A DNA stretch of 64,000 nucleotides from a virus: positions 96,001 through 160,000 of the IMG/VR virus record IMGVR_UViG_3300036766_000359; one strand, 5' to 3'. The notes under the pieces were generated by a model. It did not search any database. It was not told where the DNA came from and saw only the letters and a program-made list of their open reading frames with translations. The position numbers were made by a program, and so were the translations under genes. Of the stretch, positions 1 through 9,262 are shown one piece after another (the stretch's first letter is position 1; the number at the start of each line of letters is the position of its first letter).

Positions 1-1054
1 CATGCTTATGTTCGAAATTAGCGATCTTGTCCATGGAAAAAACATCACGAAAAACTCGTGTTTTTCCTTCCAATGAGTCGTCAATCTCCCATGATACCTG
101 ATCACTATCCGATAGTTCCGGTGAAATACCTTTGTTAAAGACCGTAAGTTGCATATCATCCATACGAGCCATGCTCTTGAAATTATTTCTAACTTCGTTA
201 TTTATGATGATCTCTGCATACTTAAGCAAACCGGCGTCAATTCCTTGATTCGGTGATAGTGTAAGACTTCGATCAAATTCATTAACATGCCCGGGACGCA
301 TGATGTACGATGGAGTTGATTTAACCATGTTCATGCGGTGCCATTCACGCAAGAATGGTTTGAGTTGAGAGTCATTCCACCGTAGTTTTGCCACGGTTTT
401 AGCAATAGACGGATCACTCCAGTCATGAGCTAAAGAAAGACCACGAGTGTTTAAAATTGCGCGACCACGGACGCATTCTAGACAGTCTTCACCAACACAA
501 GCGTGTTCTGTAAACTCGGCAGGCAGTATCCGACCTTGCCTATATAAAGATTGCAGTAGTGAGTACTGCGTTTCCGGATAACCAAGAAGACTAAGAAACC
601 GATTAGAATCAATCGTGTGATTCTGAGGAGAATAATAAAAACGGTCGATGTCGAATTTAGCAAATTCAAGAAGGTCAGAAACTTTCCATAATGAATTTTG
701 ACAAGAACGGACGCATCCACGTTTTTGTTTATGGCGTTTGACGCATGAAGCATTCAAACACGCGAAGTTTGGAATCTCAGCGTGTGGGATACTTCCAACA
801 AATGTGACCTGAACACCACCAAGGATGGCTTCAGCTTGACTTTTATCAACTAATTCATGCGACAGGTGTTTAAAAAACCACCTCCCGATGAAGTCTTTAG
901 AAATGAGACGCAAACGCACATTCTGCGCAACTTCGAATGCACGTTCCTTATCTCTTTTGAAATTTCTTGATACTTTAGCGTGCGTCCAATGATACCATTG
1001 GGCAGTGAAAGAATTGTTCGTAGGGATAACTACGCTGACATATGCAGGTTTCAT
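1..1054 (-). CDS. Hypothetical protein, partial (runs off left edge); N-terminus loosely resembles ECF sigma region 2
   Basis: My translation: ATG at 1054 with GGAGA upstream, open for 351 codons to the edge (MKPAYVSVVIP...KERAFEVAQNVRLRL...). Not in the ORF track because it has no stop. Confidence 0.6.
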   Translation of the reverse strand, partial: MKPAYVSVVIPTNNSFTAQWYHWTHAKVSRNFKRDKERAFEVAQNVRLRLISKDFIGRWFFKHLSHELVDKSQAEAILGGVQVTFVGSIPHAEIPNFACLNASCVKRHKQKRGCVRSCQNSLWKVSDLLEFAKFDIDRFYYSPQNHTIDSNRFLSLLGYPETQYSLLQSLYRQGRILPAEFTEHACVGEDCLECVRGRAILNTRGLSLAHDWSDPSIAKTVAKLRWNDSQLKPFLREWHRMNMVKSTPSYIMRPGHVNEFDRSLTLSPNQGIDAGLLKYAEIIINNEVRNNFKSMARMDDMQLTVFNKGISPELSDSDQVSWEIDDSLEGKTRVFRDVFSMDKIANFEHKH

Positions 1055-1176
1055 CGTTTCTCCATGCGTCAGTTGTACTGACGACTTGCGGAGTGGTTAC
1101 GAATTTTATCAACGGATCTTCCGTTGATAAGCGAAAGACAGTAACACACGAAAGGAAAAAGCACAATGGCTTCGAA

Positions 1177-1458
1177 TTACTTCTTCGAAGGTTCGAATTC
1201 TAGGTATTGAGTTAACCCATTAAACCTGGATGTTGTACCGAACTTTAAAACACGTCTTTTTACATAATAGGGACCGTCTATAATTTTTGAACGCTGTAGA
1301 ACTGGGTCTTTGATCGTCAAAAATTCAAATATTACTTCAGTCCCAACGTCAAGCAAAGGCATATAACCAAAATTGAGTTCAAGATGAGTGGGGATATCCA
1401 AGAAAATAATGATCGTCCTGGTACCGCCCATCTGACCGATCTGACCTGTCCCAGTCAT
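1177..1458 (-). CDS. Hypothetical protein
   Basis: 93-aa ORF co-oriented with the 1-1054 gene. Confidence 0.6.
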   Translation of the reverse strand: MTGTGQIGQMGGTRTIIIFLDIPTHLELNFGYMPLLDVGTEVIFEFLTIKDPVLQRSKIIDGPYYVKRRVLKFGTTSRFNGLTQYLEFEPSKK

Positions 1459-1768
1459 AGAAAAATTTACGTGCTAACTCTAACTTCGTCTTCGTAACCT
1501 GTTCCAACTCTAAAAGTAACTTCGCTACGCTACGTTGAGGATAAAAAACAAGAACGAAGATCGAAAAAGAAAAAAGAAAAGATCATAGATCTTTTGATTA
1601 GGAAGCTCGATTACCGAGCGGACTTAAACTCGAGGCATACCCATAAACAAGAGTCTGTAAGGTATACATCATGCTTTTTTCTTGGTCTTCCTGAGCCACG
1701 TCGCTGATCCAGATGGGATTCGGGGAATAACACTTCTTTTGACTCTTGAAGAGTTTTTCCTCGTCAAA

Positions 1769-1811
1769 CATATGTTATACTACAATGTAATTCAATGTAG
1801 TATAACATATG
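1769..1811. promoter_or_regulatory. Perfect 16-bp inverted repeat (operator-like dyad)
   Basis: catatgttatactaca-N11-tgtagtataacatatg, between divergent gene blocks. Confidence 0.65.
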
Positions 1812-1897
1812 CCTGCAGTCTACGTCCTTGCAAGAACACCTTACAACTGAACTCATTAGACTAAGAAACTTCATCATAACGAATAAAGTTTATAACT

Positions 1898-2629
1898 ATG
1901 AAACCAAGAAAAACGAAAAAAGCTCCCACCACTCCAAGTGACGATGAATTCAAAGAAGCTGTAGATAAATGCGTCAAAAGAATTGCTGGACCGAAAGAAG
2001 CTGAGTACCTACAAGTATGGCTTTTAGAAGTTGTTAAAAATAATGCGATTCCGGTAAGTCTTCTAGAATTCATACCAATGCCAGCAGCAGAAGTTGGAAA
2101 AACCAGATTTGATCAAATCTACGATGCCGCTATGTCATTAGTATTCCCAGGGTATTCTCAATCAACCTCAGAAAAACTTTTAGGTCCTGCACCAAAGAAA
2201 AATATGAAGATATGGAGGATAATACTACCTGAAAAATTCAAGATAACGCACGTACTTATCCGTGCGATTAGTTTTCAACAGGCATTTGCTCTCGGGTGCG
2301 ACTACGCGTGTCGAATGTCTTTGCGTTTATACGGGAAAATTCCTGTTGATATGACTATTAGGGTCATATTCATGACTGAAAGATCTCTCAGAAGATATCT
2401 TAACCTCAGGTGGGCAAATCGAACATCACGACGAAGAAAACTAAAACTCGAGGGGAGAGAAATTTCCCACCGACAGTTAAATGGTGTCCGTTTAGTCGCG
2501 CTAGGATCCCCAAAAAGTCATTTATATAGTGTAGCTCGATATTGTGAGAGGAAAGATTTAGATAGGGTTTTGAAAGGAAAAGGTATTTCCAGAGAATCAC
2601 CCGTAGAAGCCGAGTCAGGCAAAAAGTAA
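1898..2629 (+). CDS. Hypothetical basic protein
   Basis: 243-aa ORF heading a + strand block. Confidence 0.75.
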   Translation: MKPRKTKKAPTTPSDDEFKEAVDKCVKRIAGPKEAEYLQVWLLEVVKNNAIPVSLLEFIPMPAAEVGKTRFDQIYDAAMSLVFPGYSQSTSEKLLGPAPKKNMKIWRIILPEKFKITHVLIRAISFQQAFALGCDYACRMSLRLYGKIPVDMTIRVIFMTERSLRRYLNLRWANRTSRRRKLKLEGREISHRQLNGVRLVALGSPKSHLYSVARYCERKDLDRVLKGKGISRESPVEAESGKK

Positions 2630-2672
2630 CGTGTTCAGGTGTAGGGTTCTACAACAAATTTGGAGGTGACAG

Positions 2673-5135
2673 GTGCAGGAAGGGAAGTTGAATATACTAT
2701 TGGACGCATTCTGGGGTTCATCCGGAAAAGGAAAAACATCGTCTTTCCTTGCTGATAAATTTGGTGTTACACGAGTCTCTAGCTCAAATTTCCCAAATGC
2801 CGGTCACTGTTGTGGAGAAGATACATACATAACGACAAATCGTGGTCTCGAAAGATTAGGCGATGTTGTTCGTGCATCTAAATCTAACACATCCATAGTG
2901 AATATGGATGGTTCCTTTGAGTCCGTTTCACATTTTGTGGCAGATGGTATTCGGAAGGTTAACACAATACTATTAAAAAATGGTATTTCCATTGATTGCA
3001 CTGACGTACACCGGTTTTTAGTTTGGAATTCGGAAAAATCTGATGTTGAATGGGTTCGATCTATAGATCTTGATCCTGAAACTCACAGTTTCCTATTTCC
3101 AAAATCTGTAGCCTTCAATGGCGGTAGCCTCTTACCAACTGAGTGGACTTCTGCCGATAAACCAAACAAAACTAAAATTGGATTGCCTTTTTCAGAAGAG
3201 ATGTTTGCTTCTTATCTAGGTCTTCTCGTCGGTGACGGGTACTACGCTCGGAAAACGAATGTGAGTATTGCGTTCCATACAAGCCAAATTGATGTACTCA
3301 ATAAAATTCGGGCCATGTATTCGGAAATGGGCATAACAAATCAAAGTGTTGTTCAAGTAGGTGATAAAGAATGCTTTGTGCTCGACACATCCCAGTGTTC
3401 TGGTTTGATGGAATTGTTTGAACTCGTTAACCTCAAACTTGCGATAAAATCAGAAAAGCAAACACCGAAAAAAATTTTAACTTCAAACGTCAAAATCATG
3501 GGTGCATATCTTAGTGGTCTTTTTGACTCGGACGGATCCGTTAAGTCAGATAGAGTAACATTAAGCAACTGTTCCGAAAGTGTTGTTCGTGATGCACAAG
3601 CCATGCTTCATGTACTCGGCATATCAGGGTTTATTACATTTTATGACGATGATCGTGATGATACACGAATGCGTCAGTGGTGTTTGTCTATCAGTGGGTC
3701 AAGAAATCTTAGTATTTTTCAAGATAAAGTGGGGATGTTGTCCGAGATAAAACAACAAAAACTTCGTGGACTGGTTCAATCAATAAATCACGTTGGACAA
3801 ATCATAAATATCAACTCATCCGTTCGAGTTGAATTACGTAAACGCGGGTTTAAATCCGATTCAGGAAATAAAGGCGTTCGAGAGTCAACAATAGAAAAGC
3901 TTGCAGAATCCGGGTATTCAGGACCGGTTGTTGAATCACTTCGTAAATACCATATTATTCAGATTAAATCGATCGAATTTGAATCTAAAGAAATTGAAGT
4001 ATTTGACCTAACGGTTCCTGGCACACACAGCTATCTCGCTAATGGCTGCGTAGCTCATAATACGGCTACATTTAAGGACGGCACCAAGTTCATAGCGAAA
4101 GCAATTCCAACAGCCGCCATTCTCAAGAAAGTTAAAGGCGTTGGGATGCAGTGTTGGATAACTCCAGGTTCAGGTTTTGCTTGGGCACAGCTTATTAAAG
4201 AATGGGATGAATCTGGGAAACCAGAAATCAATATTCACTCGCGTGCATCAATTGTAACGACAGAGCATAAAGAAAGAGAATCTCAGGGAAACGAGTCAAC
4301 AAAACATATTGCGAGCACGATGCAAGGCTCAGCGGCTGCTATGGTAGACAAAGTCTTACGTAAGGCTGACTGTCAACTCGCAGAAACCACTGAATTGCAT
4401 AAGGTCATTGAGTCATTACGAAATAATGACAAATTGATGAACGAATTTTTCACTAATGATATAACGCAAGAGTTTCTTGAAAAAGTGCATGTAGTTGATG
4501 CTTGGGATTTTAGAAAACTAACTCATCAAGCGTTACATAATGGACATCCGTGGCTCCATGAGGGTTCACAAGGATACGCTTTGTCTATTGATCATGGGTC
4601 CCACTTTCCTTTTTGCACAAGTCGAAACGCTTCGATACAATCTGCGATGGACCATCTAGCCGTACCGCCAAAATTGGTCGGTGACGTTTATTTGAATCTT
4701 CGTACTATGCCGATTCGTGTAGGAAACGTCGTTGAGGACGGAGTTCAAAAGGGATACTCAGGCGATTTTTATCCAGACTGTCATGAAATGACATGGGAAC
4801 AAGTGGCACGAGAAGCAGGAATGCCGGAAGAAGAAGCAAAAAAGCTATCGGAAAGAGAACGAACAACGGTTACTAAAAGAGTTCGTAGAGTGTGTACTTT
4901 TTCGTTTAGTGGATTGAAAGATGCTGTTGCTACAAATGGAGCAACAAAACTCATTGTGAATTTCATTCAGTATATAAACTGGCAAGATGCGGGGCTCATG
5001 GGAGAACAAGACGCTTTCTTGAAGCTATCCAAAAAAAGCCGATCATTTATAGACCAGGTAGAAGAAGTTGCTGGAGTTCCTGTGGTACTTATTGGAACTG
5101 GTGCTTTACATGAGGAAATGATATCGAGAATGTGA
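2673..5135 (+). CDS. purZ: PurZ-like 2-aminodeoxyadenylosuccinate synthase (PurA family), intein-containing
   Basis: DAFWGSSGKG (Ser at the PurA catalytic Asp position), PNAGH/T, HEGSQG, FCTSR, RTMPIRV, TTVTKRVRRVCTFS, LIVNF. Confidence 0.8.
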   Translation: MQEGKLNILLDAFWGSSGKGKTSSFLADKFGVTRVSSSNFPNAGHCCGEDTYITTNRGLERLGDVVRASKSNTSIVNMDGSFESVSHFVADGIRKVNTILLKNGISIDCTDVHRFLVWNSEKSDVEWVRSIDLDPETHSFLFPKSVAFNGGSLLPTEWTSADKPNKTKIGLPFSEEMFASYLGLLVGDGYYARKTNVSIAFHTSQIDVLNKIRAMYSEMGITNQSVVQVGDKECFVLDTSQCSGLMELFELVNLKLAIKSEKQTPKKILTSNVKIMGAYLSGLFDSDGSVKSDRVTLSNCSESVVRDAQAMLHVLGISGFITFYDDDRDDTRMRQWCLSISGSRNLSIFQDKVGMLSEIKQQKLRGLVQSINHVGQIININSSVRVELRKRGFKSDSGNKGVRESTIEKLAESGYSGPVVESLRKYHIIQIKSIEFESKEIEVFDLTVPGTHSYLANGCVAHNTATFKDGTKFIAKAIPTAAILKKVKGVGMQCWITPGSGFAWAQLIKEWDESGKPEINIHSRASIVTTEHKERESQGNESTKHIASTMQGSAAAMVDKVLRKADCQLAETTELHKVIESLRNNDKLMNEFFTNDITQEFLEKVHVVDAWDFRKLTHQALHNGHPWLHEGSQGYALSIDHGSHFPFCTSRNASIQSAMDHLAVPPKLVGDVYLNLRTMPIRVGNVVEDGVQKGYSGDFYPDCHEMTWEQVAREAGMPEEEAKKLSERERTTVTKRVRRVCTFSFSGLKDAVATNGATKLIVNFIQYINWQDAGLMGEQDAFLKLSKKSRSFIDQVEEVAGVPVVLIGTGALHEEMISRM
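2808..4061 (+). mobile_element. Intein with LAGLIDADG homing endonuclease (418 aa)
   Basis: Starts CCGEDTYI after NAGH; block B CTDVH; YLGLLVGDG and YLSGLFDSDG; ends VFDLTVPGTHSYLANGCVAHN followed by Thr +1. Confidence 0.95.
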
Positions 5136-5144
5136 CCGCAAGAT

Positions 5145-5396
5145 ATGTCAACAAGTAAACTACCAAAGGTGTTTGGCGCTGGTGATGTTACCATATGTGC
5201 AAACCTAGATGGTTTGCGAGTTTATATAGGACATACTGAAATTGAGTACATCAGACGAATAGAAATGAAACTCGAAGATGGAAAAATGTTTTTAGAAGTG
5301 TCATTCTTAATGAGCCATGACCCATCTGTTTCTAAGTCAATAGAAGAAGTGGTAAGAACTGCTAAAACTATTCCTTGGATCAAGATAGTACCTTAG
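5145..5396 (+). CDS. Hypothetical protein
   Basis: 83-aa ORF 9 nt after purZ. Confidence 0.6.
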   Translation: MSTSKLPKVFGAGDVTICANLDGLRVYIGHTEIEYIRRIEMKLEDGKMFLEVSFLMSHDPSVSKSIEEVVRTAKTIPWIKIVP

Positions 5397-5959
5397 CGAG
5401 ATCTCTTACGCTTCAAATGTATGCCGATTTGATCCGGGTTTTTGTTCATGAACTCATAACATGATTGAAAATACCCAATAATTGGCATGGCAGCATCTCT
5501 CTCAACGAGAGATTCGAAAATACTTTTTCCCTCAGTTTCAGACCACATCCACTCTTCTGTAATTGGAGAGTTTGGGGCCATTTGGCTCCATACGTTTCCA
5601 TATGGAAACATCATTAAAATGAATTCTTTTTTGTCAAAGTGTGGATGTGGTAAAGCAGAAAACTCTTCTCTTCTCTTTATCGATAGATAAGTACCGTCAG
5701 GAAGATAAACACCCTCTGGCGTCTTTGTTACCCACCGTTTGATCGACATCCATTTCACTTCAGGGGTTTTAAGACCCATTCTTTTACGACAAGCAAGTGA
5801 ACAGTCGTAAAGTGCCGACGGTGACAATCCGGACTCCCACGGTTTGAATTCTTCGGGGACCCCGCTAAATGAATGAAGAGCCTTAATAAAGGGTACTTTT
5901 ATTAAGGAAACCTGTTGTTGTACTTTTCCTAAGGTCTCTGCATCCATCGAGAACTCCAT
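5393..5959 (-). CDS. Hypothetical protein
   Basis: 188-aa ORF. Confidence 0.65.
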   Translation of the reverse strand: MEFSMDAETLGKVQQQVSLIKVPFIKALHSFSGVPEEFKPWESGLSPSALYDCSLACRKRMGLKTPEVKWMSIKRWVTKTPEGVYLPDGTYLSIKRREEFSALPHPHFDKKEFILMMFPYGNVWSQMAPNSPITEEWMWSETEGKSIFESLVERDAAMPIIGYFQSCYEFMNKNPDQIGIHLKRKRSR

Positions 5960-6036
5960 CTAGTAATTAACTACACTACGTATGAACATTTACAATACTG
6001 TGAATGTTTGCACTTCGAGTATGACACGGAGAAATC

Positions 6037-7371
6037 ATGACTGAACCGAAAGTTTTTTGTCTAGTCGATGAAAATGGTCGACTACTCCCACCGGCAGTTC
6101 AAGCCACGGTTTTAGCTAAATATTCACGGTCCCCGGAATCGGCCCATGAGATTATCAAAAATCTATCTGAAGAAGATGCCGATAAATTCCAGGGAAAATA
6201 TGTTATTGAGTATAACCACTCAAGCGTAGCCGAATTAGCGACAGTCCCAGTATGCTTCGAAGGTGTATCAATCATTGCGTCAAAATTTCTCGAATCCTTT
6301 CAAAGAATGGGGTACTCTGAAAAAAGTACCAGGTATCAAGTTTTCAACCGACATTCATTCATAACTCCTCCGGGAGCTCCGCCAACAATGAAAGAATTTG
6401 CGGCTAGGTTTTATGATGCGTATGAAAAATTATATCCCCGGGTACTCAAACGATGCGCCGAGCTTATGGGGAAAGACCCCAATAAGGAAGACAGAACTGT
6501 AAAAGCTAGAGCATTTGATAACATCCGATATTTGTTACCTTCTGGAACCGGGACTAATCTGGCAGCAGTTGGGTTTTTACGTGATTTTCGTTATATGATT
6601 CAAGAATCAAGAGGACACTCAAATCCAGAAATTAGGTCAATAGGTGACTCCACTCATGCAGCAATATCAGAAATATGTCCCGTGTTGGTTCGAAGCTCGG
6701 AAGCAGATTCTTTTGAACCACGAGTTAAATCGCTCGGGAATTTATCACCAAAATTTAAAATCGATAACCCGTCGTGGTACGTAGATTTATATAAACCTCA
6801 GACACTTGGAAATCCGAATACCATTCAGGAAACTTTTTGCGCTACCATAGCTGATCAATACGGAATGAGTTGGTCTGCTTTCAACAAACTCATGGAAGAA
6901 CGGGGAAAAAGAGCAGTACCGAAAATTTTCCGTTCTGTAAAAATTTCTCTAGATGTCATGATGGACTATGGTGCTTATCGTGATTTGCAGAGACATAGAC
7001 GATGTGAACAGTATTCTGAACCGTTGACTTCAAATTACGGGTACCTAGTCCCGGATGATATTGCTGGAACCGAAATGGAACCAGAGTACAGAACTGCGAT
7101 GGAACAAATTCATTTATATGACGACAATCGCGTGTCGTGTGATTCGGATTTGATGCAATATCTGATACCTCTAGGATACCTACACAGGTCCGTTTTCGAT
7201 ATGGACCTTCAAGAATTATATTATATCTCGGAGTTACGGACACAACCTCAGGGTCATATCTCGTATAGAAGAGTTGCTTACGAGATGGCAAAGGTTGGGT
7301 CGGCTCTATACCCGAATTTGATGAGTTGGTGTAGAGCTACGAATCCTGAAAGTATAGGGGTTCACACTTAA
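6037..7371 (+). CDS. thyX: FAD-dependent thymidylate synthase, tandem two-domain ThyX type
   Basis: AKYSRS, HSSVAE, SEKSTRY, RYLLP; second domain RDLQRHR, YISELR; GGAG RBS. Confidence 0.85.
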   Translation: MTEPKVFCLVDENGRLLPPAVQATVLAKYSRSPESAHEIIKNLSEEDADKFQGKYVIEYNHSSVAELATVPVCFEGVSIIASKFLESFQRMGYSEKSTRYQVFNRHSFITPPGAPPTMKEFAARFYDAYEKLYPRVLKRCAELMGKDPNKEDRTVKARAFDNIRYLLPSGTGTNLAAVGFLRDFRYMIQESRGHSNPEIRSIGDSTHAAISEICPVLVRSSEADSFEPRVKSLGNLSPKFKIDNPSWYVDLYKPQTLGNPNTIQETFCATIADQYGMSWSAFNKLMEERGKRAVPKIFRSVKISLDVMMDYGAYRDLQRHRRCEQYSEPLTSNYGYLVPDDIAGTEMEPEYRTAMEQIHLYDDNRVSCDSDLMQYLIPLGYLHRSVFDMDLQELYYISELRTQPQGHISYRRVAYEMAKVGSALYPNLMSWCRATNPESIGVHT

Positions 7372-7559
7372 TCAGTATCATCGTCTGAAAACGGAAAAAG
7401 CGCCACAGCACCGTTTAAGTCTAAACAAACGCCCGGACCTAGTTCTGGACGTGTAACCACGGGAAGATCCGATCCCACCAATTTGTTTTCATGTGGTTGA
7501 ATCGCAGTTTCAGCATTTCCATGTTCATGTTTTTCAGTCATACTATTCATACCATACAT
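7368..7559 (-). CDS. Hypothetical small protein
   Basis: 63-aa ORF filling the gap. Confidence 0.4.
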   Translation of the reverse strand: MYGMNSMTEKHEHGNAETAIQPHENKLVGSDLPVVTRPELGPGVCLDLNGAVALFPFSDDDTD

Positions 7560-7608
7560 GATTAAACGATAACCTGTGACTTAAGTCTCCTATGTACCAT
7601 AGTGGCGT

Positions 7609-8349
7609 ATGCGAACAATCATTGCATCAGTTTCAACTGAAGATCTTACTAATTATTTTAAAGGCGGTACGTGGAAGTCATCCATTATAGATGGAGTTTT
7701 CCGTGCAAAATCTCGAGAGTTTAAAGTAAAACTCACGCCTAAAGGCGCTGTATATGATGTCCATGTCAGTAGCGTTGATGATCCATCTGACTCTGATGAA
7801 ATGATGACGGATGACCCTGCTAAATTCATTGCTAGTTTCTTGGAAACGGGAACTCCAGGAGATGAATTTTTTAAGAAAAGGTCGTCTTTAGGCCCGGATG
7901 ATGTTCGAGATGCCCTCCTTCGACTTTCCAGTGACATCGAAAATGGTCAGATCGGGCCAGTCCGACTTGCTAAAATTCTTCGTCGCATAGTGGTGAAATC
8001 TGGTCCGACATATAGGAACACCCCCGTGGCCGCCAGAGTGGCCATGAATTATGACGATTTTGAGGTCCTAGAGTTATCAAAGCTCAGATCAAAAATGGCG
8101 GATAATGGTTGGAGAGCAAAAGTAGAATCGGGTACCAATAGTCATCCGATCTTAAAAATAGATATTGGCGAAGTTTATGAAGCCACCATTTCGGTTAACC
8201 ATCAATCTTGGGATTTCCGCTTCGAAACTAACTTCTCAGACGACCTGGACGACGGCGCAACTGACGACCCGATTTTTGTCTTTCAGAAGTTCCAAAAAGA
8301 GGCATATAACCGACCGACAGAGCCTCAGACGACGACAGAGCCTACTTGA
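7609..8349 (+). CDS. Hypothetical protein with two similar domains around an LRRI-type helix module
   Basis: Repeated TDDP..F..F motif; central ALLRLSSDIEN...RLAKILRRI. Confidence 0.7.
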   Translation: MRTIIASVSTEDLTNYFKGGTWKSSIIDGVFRAKSREFKVKLTPKGAVYDVHVSSVDDPSDSDEMMTDDPAKFIASFLETGTPGDEFFKKRSSLGPDDVRDALLRLSSDIENGQIGPVRLAKILRRIVVKSGPTYRNTPVAARVAMNYDDFEVLELSKLRSKMADNGWRAKVESGTNSHPILKIDIGEVYEATISVNHQSWDFRFETNFSDDLDDGATDDPIFVFQKFQKEAYNRPTEPQTTTEPT

Positions 8350-8361
8350 CTTACCGGGTGT

Positions 8362-8387
8362 CGTAAATCACCGGGTGTCGTTCGTAT
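8362..8387 (+). promoter_or_regulatory. Phage promoter motif (leaderless type)
   Basis: cgtaaat-N15-gtat; ATG 8395 follows after 7 nt. Confidence 0.7.
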
Positions 8388-8394
8388 ACCCTTC

Positions 8395-8757
8395 ATGACC
8401 ATATATTCTGTCAAGAACGGCCTTCTTGAAATGACCGTTGACGAGTTCAAAGCCTTGAACCTTGTTGACTTACTATGTTCTTATATTCGAAGTAAATCAT
8501 GGCCGAACGCCACCGGGCCTGAGTTACAGTCAATCCACAGGGCGTCAAGAATGTGCTACGAGCTGAAAGTCAACAATTGTCTGACGATGGTGGACCGAAC
8601 AGACGCACAGATTCTGTATGACCTTCCGATCACACTTGATATGAGTTGGCTAAACAGTACGTTGAATAAAGTCATGGTAAATCTTCGAGATACGGGAGAC
8701 GTTTTGACCATGGCAGATCATTTTGCAAAATCTGTTCACTTAACAATGTCTGACTAG
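8395..8757 (+). CDS. Hypothetical protein
   Basis: 120-aa ORF directly after the promoter motif. Confidence 0.7.
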   Translation: MTIYSVKNGLLEMTVDEFKALNLVDLLCSYIRSKSWPNATGPELQSIHRASRMCYELKVNNCLTMVDRTDAQILYDLPITLDMSWLNSTLNKVMVNLRDTGDVLTMADHFAKSVHLTMSD

Positions 8758-8777
8758 TAGTGAATGAGCATCAATCT

Positions 8778-8962
8778 ATGACTCCGAATCAACGTCATTG
8801 TGTAGCCAGGAACCAAAACACTCCTCCCGAAATCTTAACCAAATTATCTGGTGATACGAATCCAGGGTTCGTCAGTTTGTGGCCTCAAATCCCAACACTT
8901 CTCCCGAAACCCTAGTCCAATTTGATGCACTTGAAGCCGCTTATTCGGTGATGGATAGTTAA
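8778..8962 (+). pseudogene. Frameshifted LRV-repeat protein ending in the VMDS tag
   Basis: VARNQNTPPEILTKLSGDTNPG, then -1 frame VRQFVASNPNTSPETL...AYSVMDS*; shift in the GGG run at 8865-8867; paralog of 50203-50400. Confidence 0.75.
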
Positions 8963-8997
8963 AATGCATATTCAGGAAATAATATTAGGGGAGCCAA

Positions 8998-9225
8998 ATG
9001 AACTGGTCTAAACTATTAGAATATTCCGTGCTACTAGAATATTTCATATTATCCATTCCTGGAGTGGCTTTGGTAGCCGCCGGAGCTGCGTTGGGCGGGT
9101 TGAATGCCGCTTTCATTTTTCTGGTTCCGCTATTTGGTATTTATCTTTTAGGTCGAAATCATGGAGCAGAGGCATTGATGAAAGCTATAAAGGCTTCGAT
9201 GAAGGAACCAGTGGACCCGACCTGA
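8998..9225 (+). CDS. Small membrane protein
   Basis: 75 aa with two hydrophobic segments; GGGAG RBS. Confidence 0.65.
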   Translation: MNWSKLLEYSVLLEYFILSIPGVALVAAGAALGGLNAAFIFLVPLFGIYLLGRNHGAEALMKAIKASMKEPVDPT

Positions 9226-9262
9226 TTTATTTTATCATGAACTTGTTGAAAAATCGCAAAGT

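Noticed and set aside
478-1166. ORF-track ORFs 478-753 and 975-1166
   Set aside because: They are alternative frames overlapping the longer continuous ORF 1-1054, which has an RBS.
2673-5135. Calling the gene ordinary purA
   Set aside because: It lacks GDEGKG, GxTTGR and TKLD; the motifs match PurZ better.
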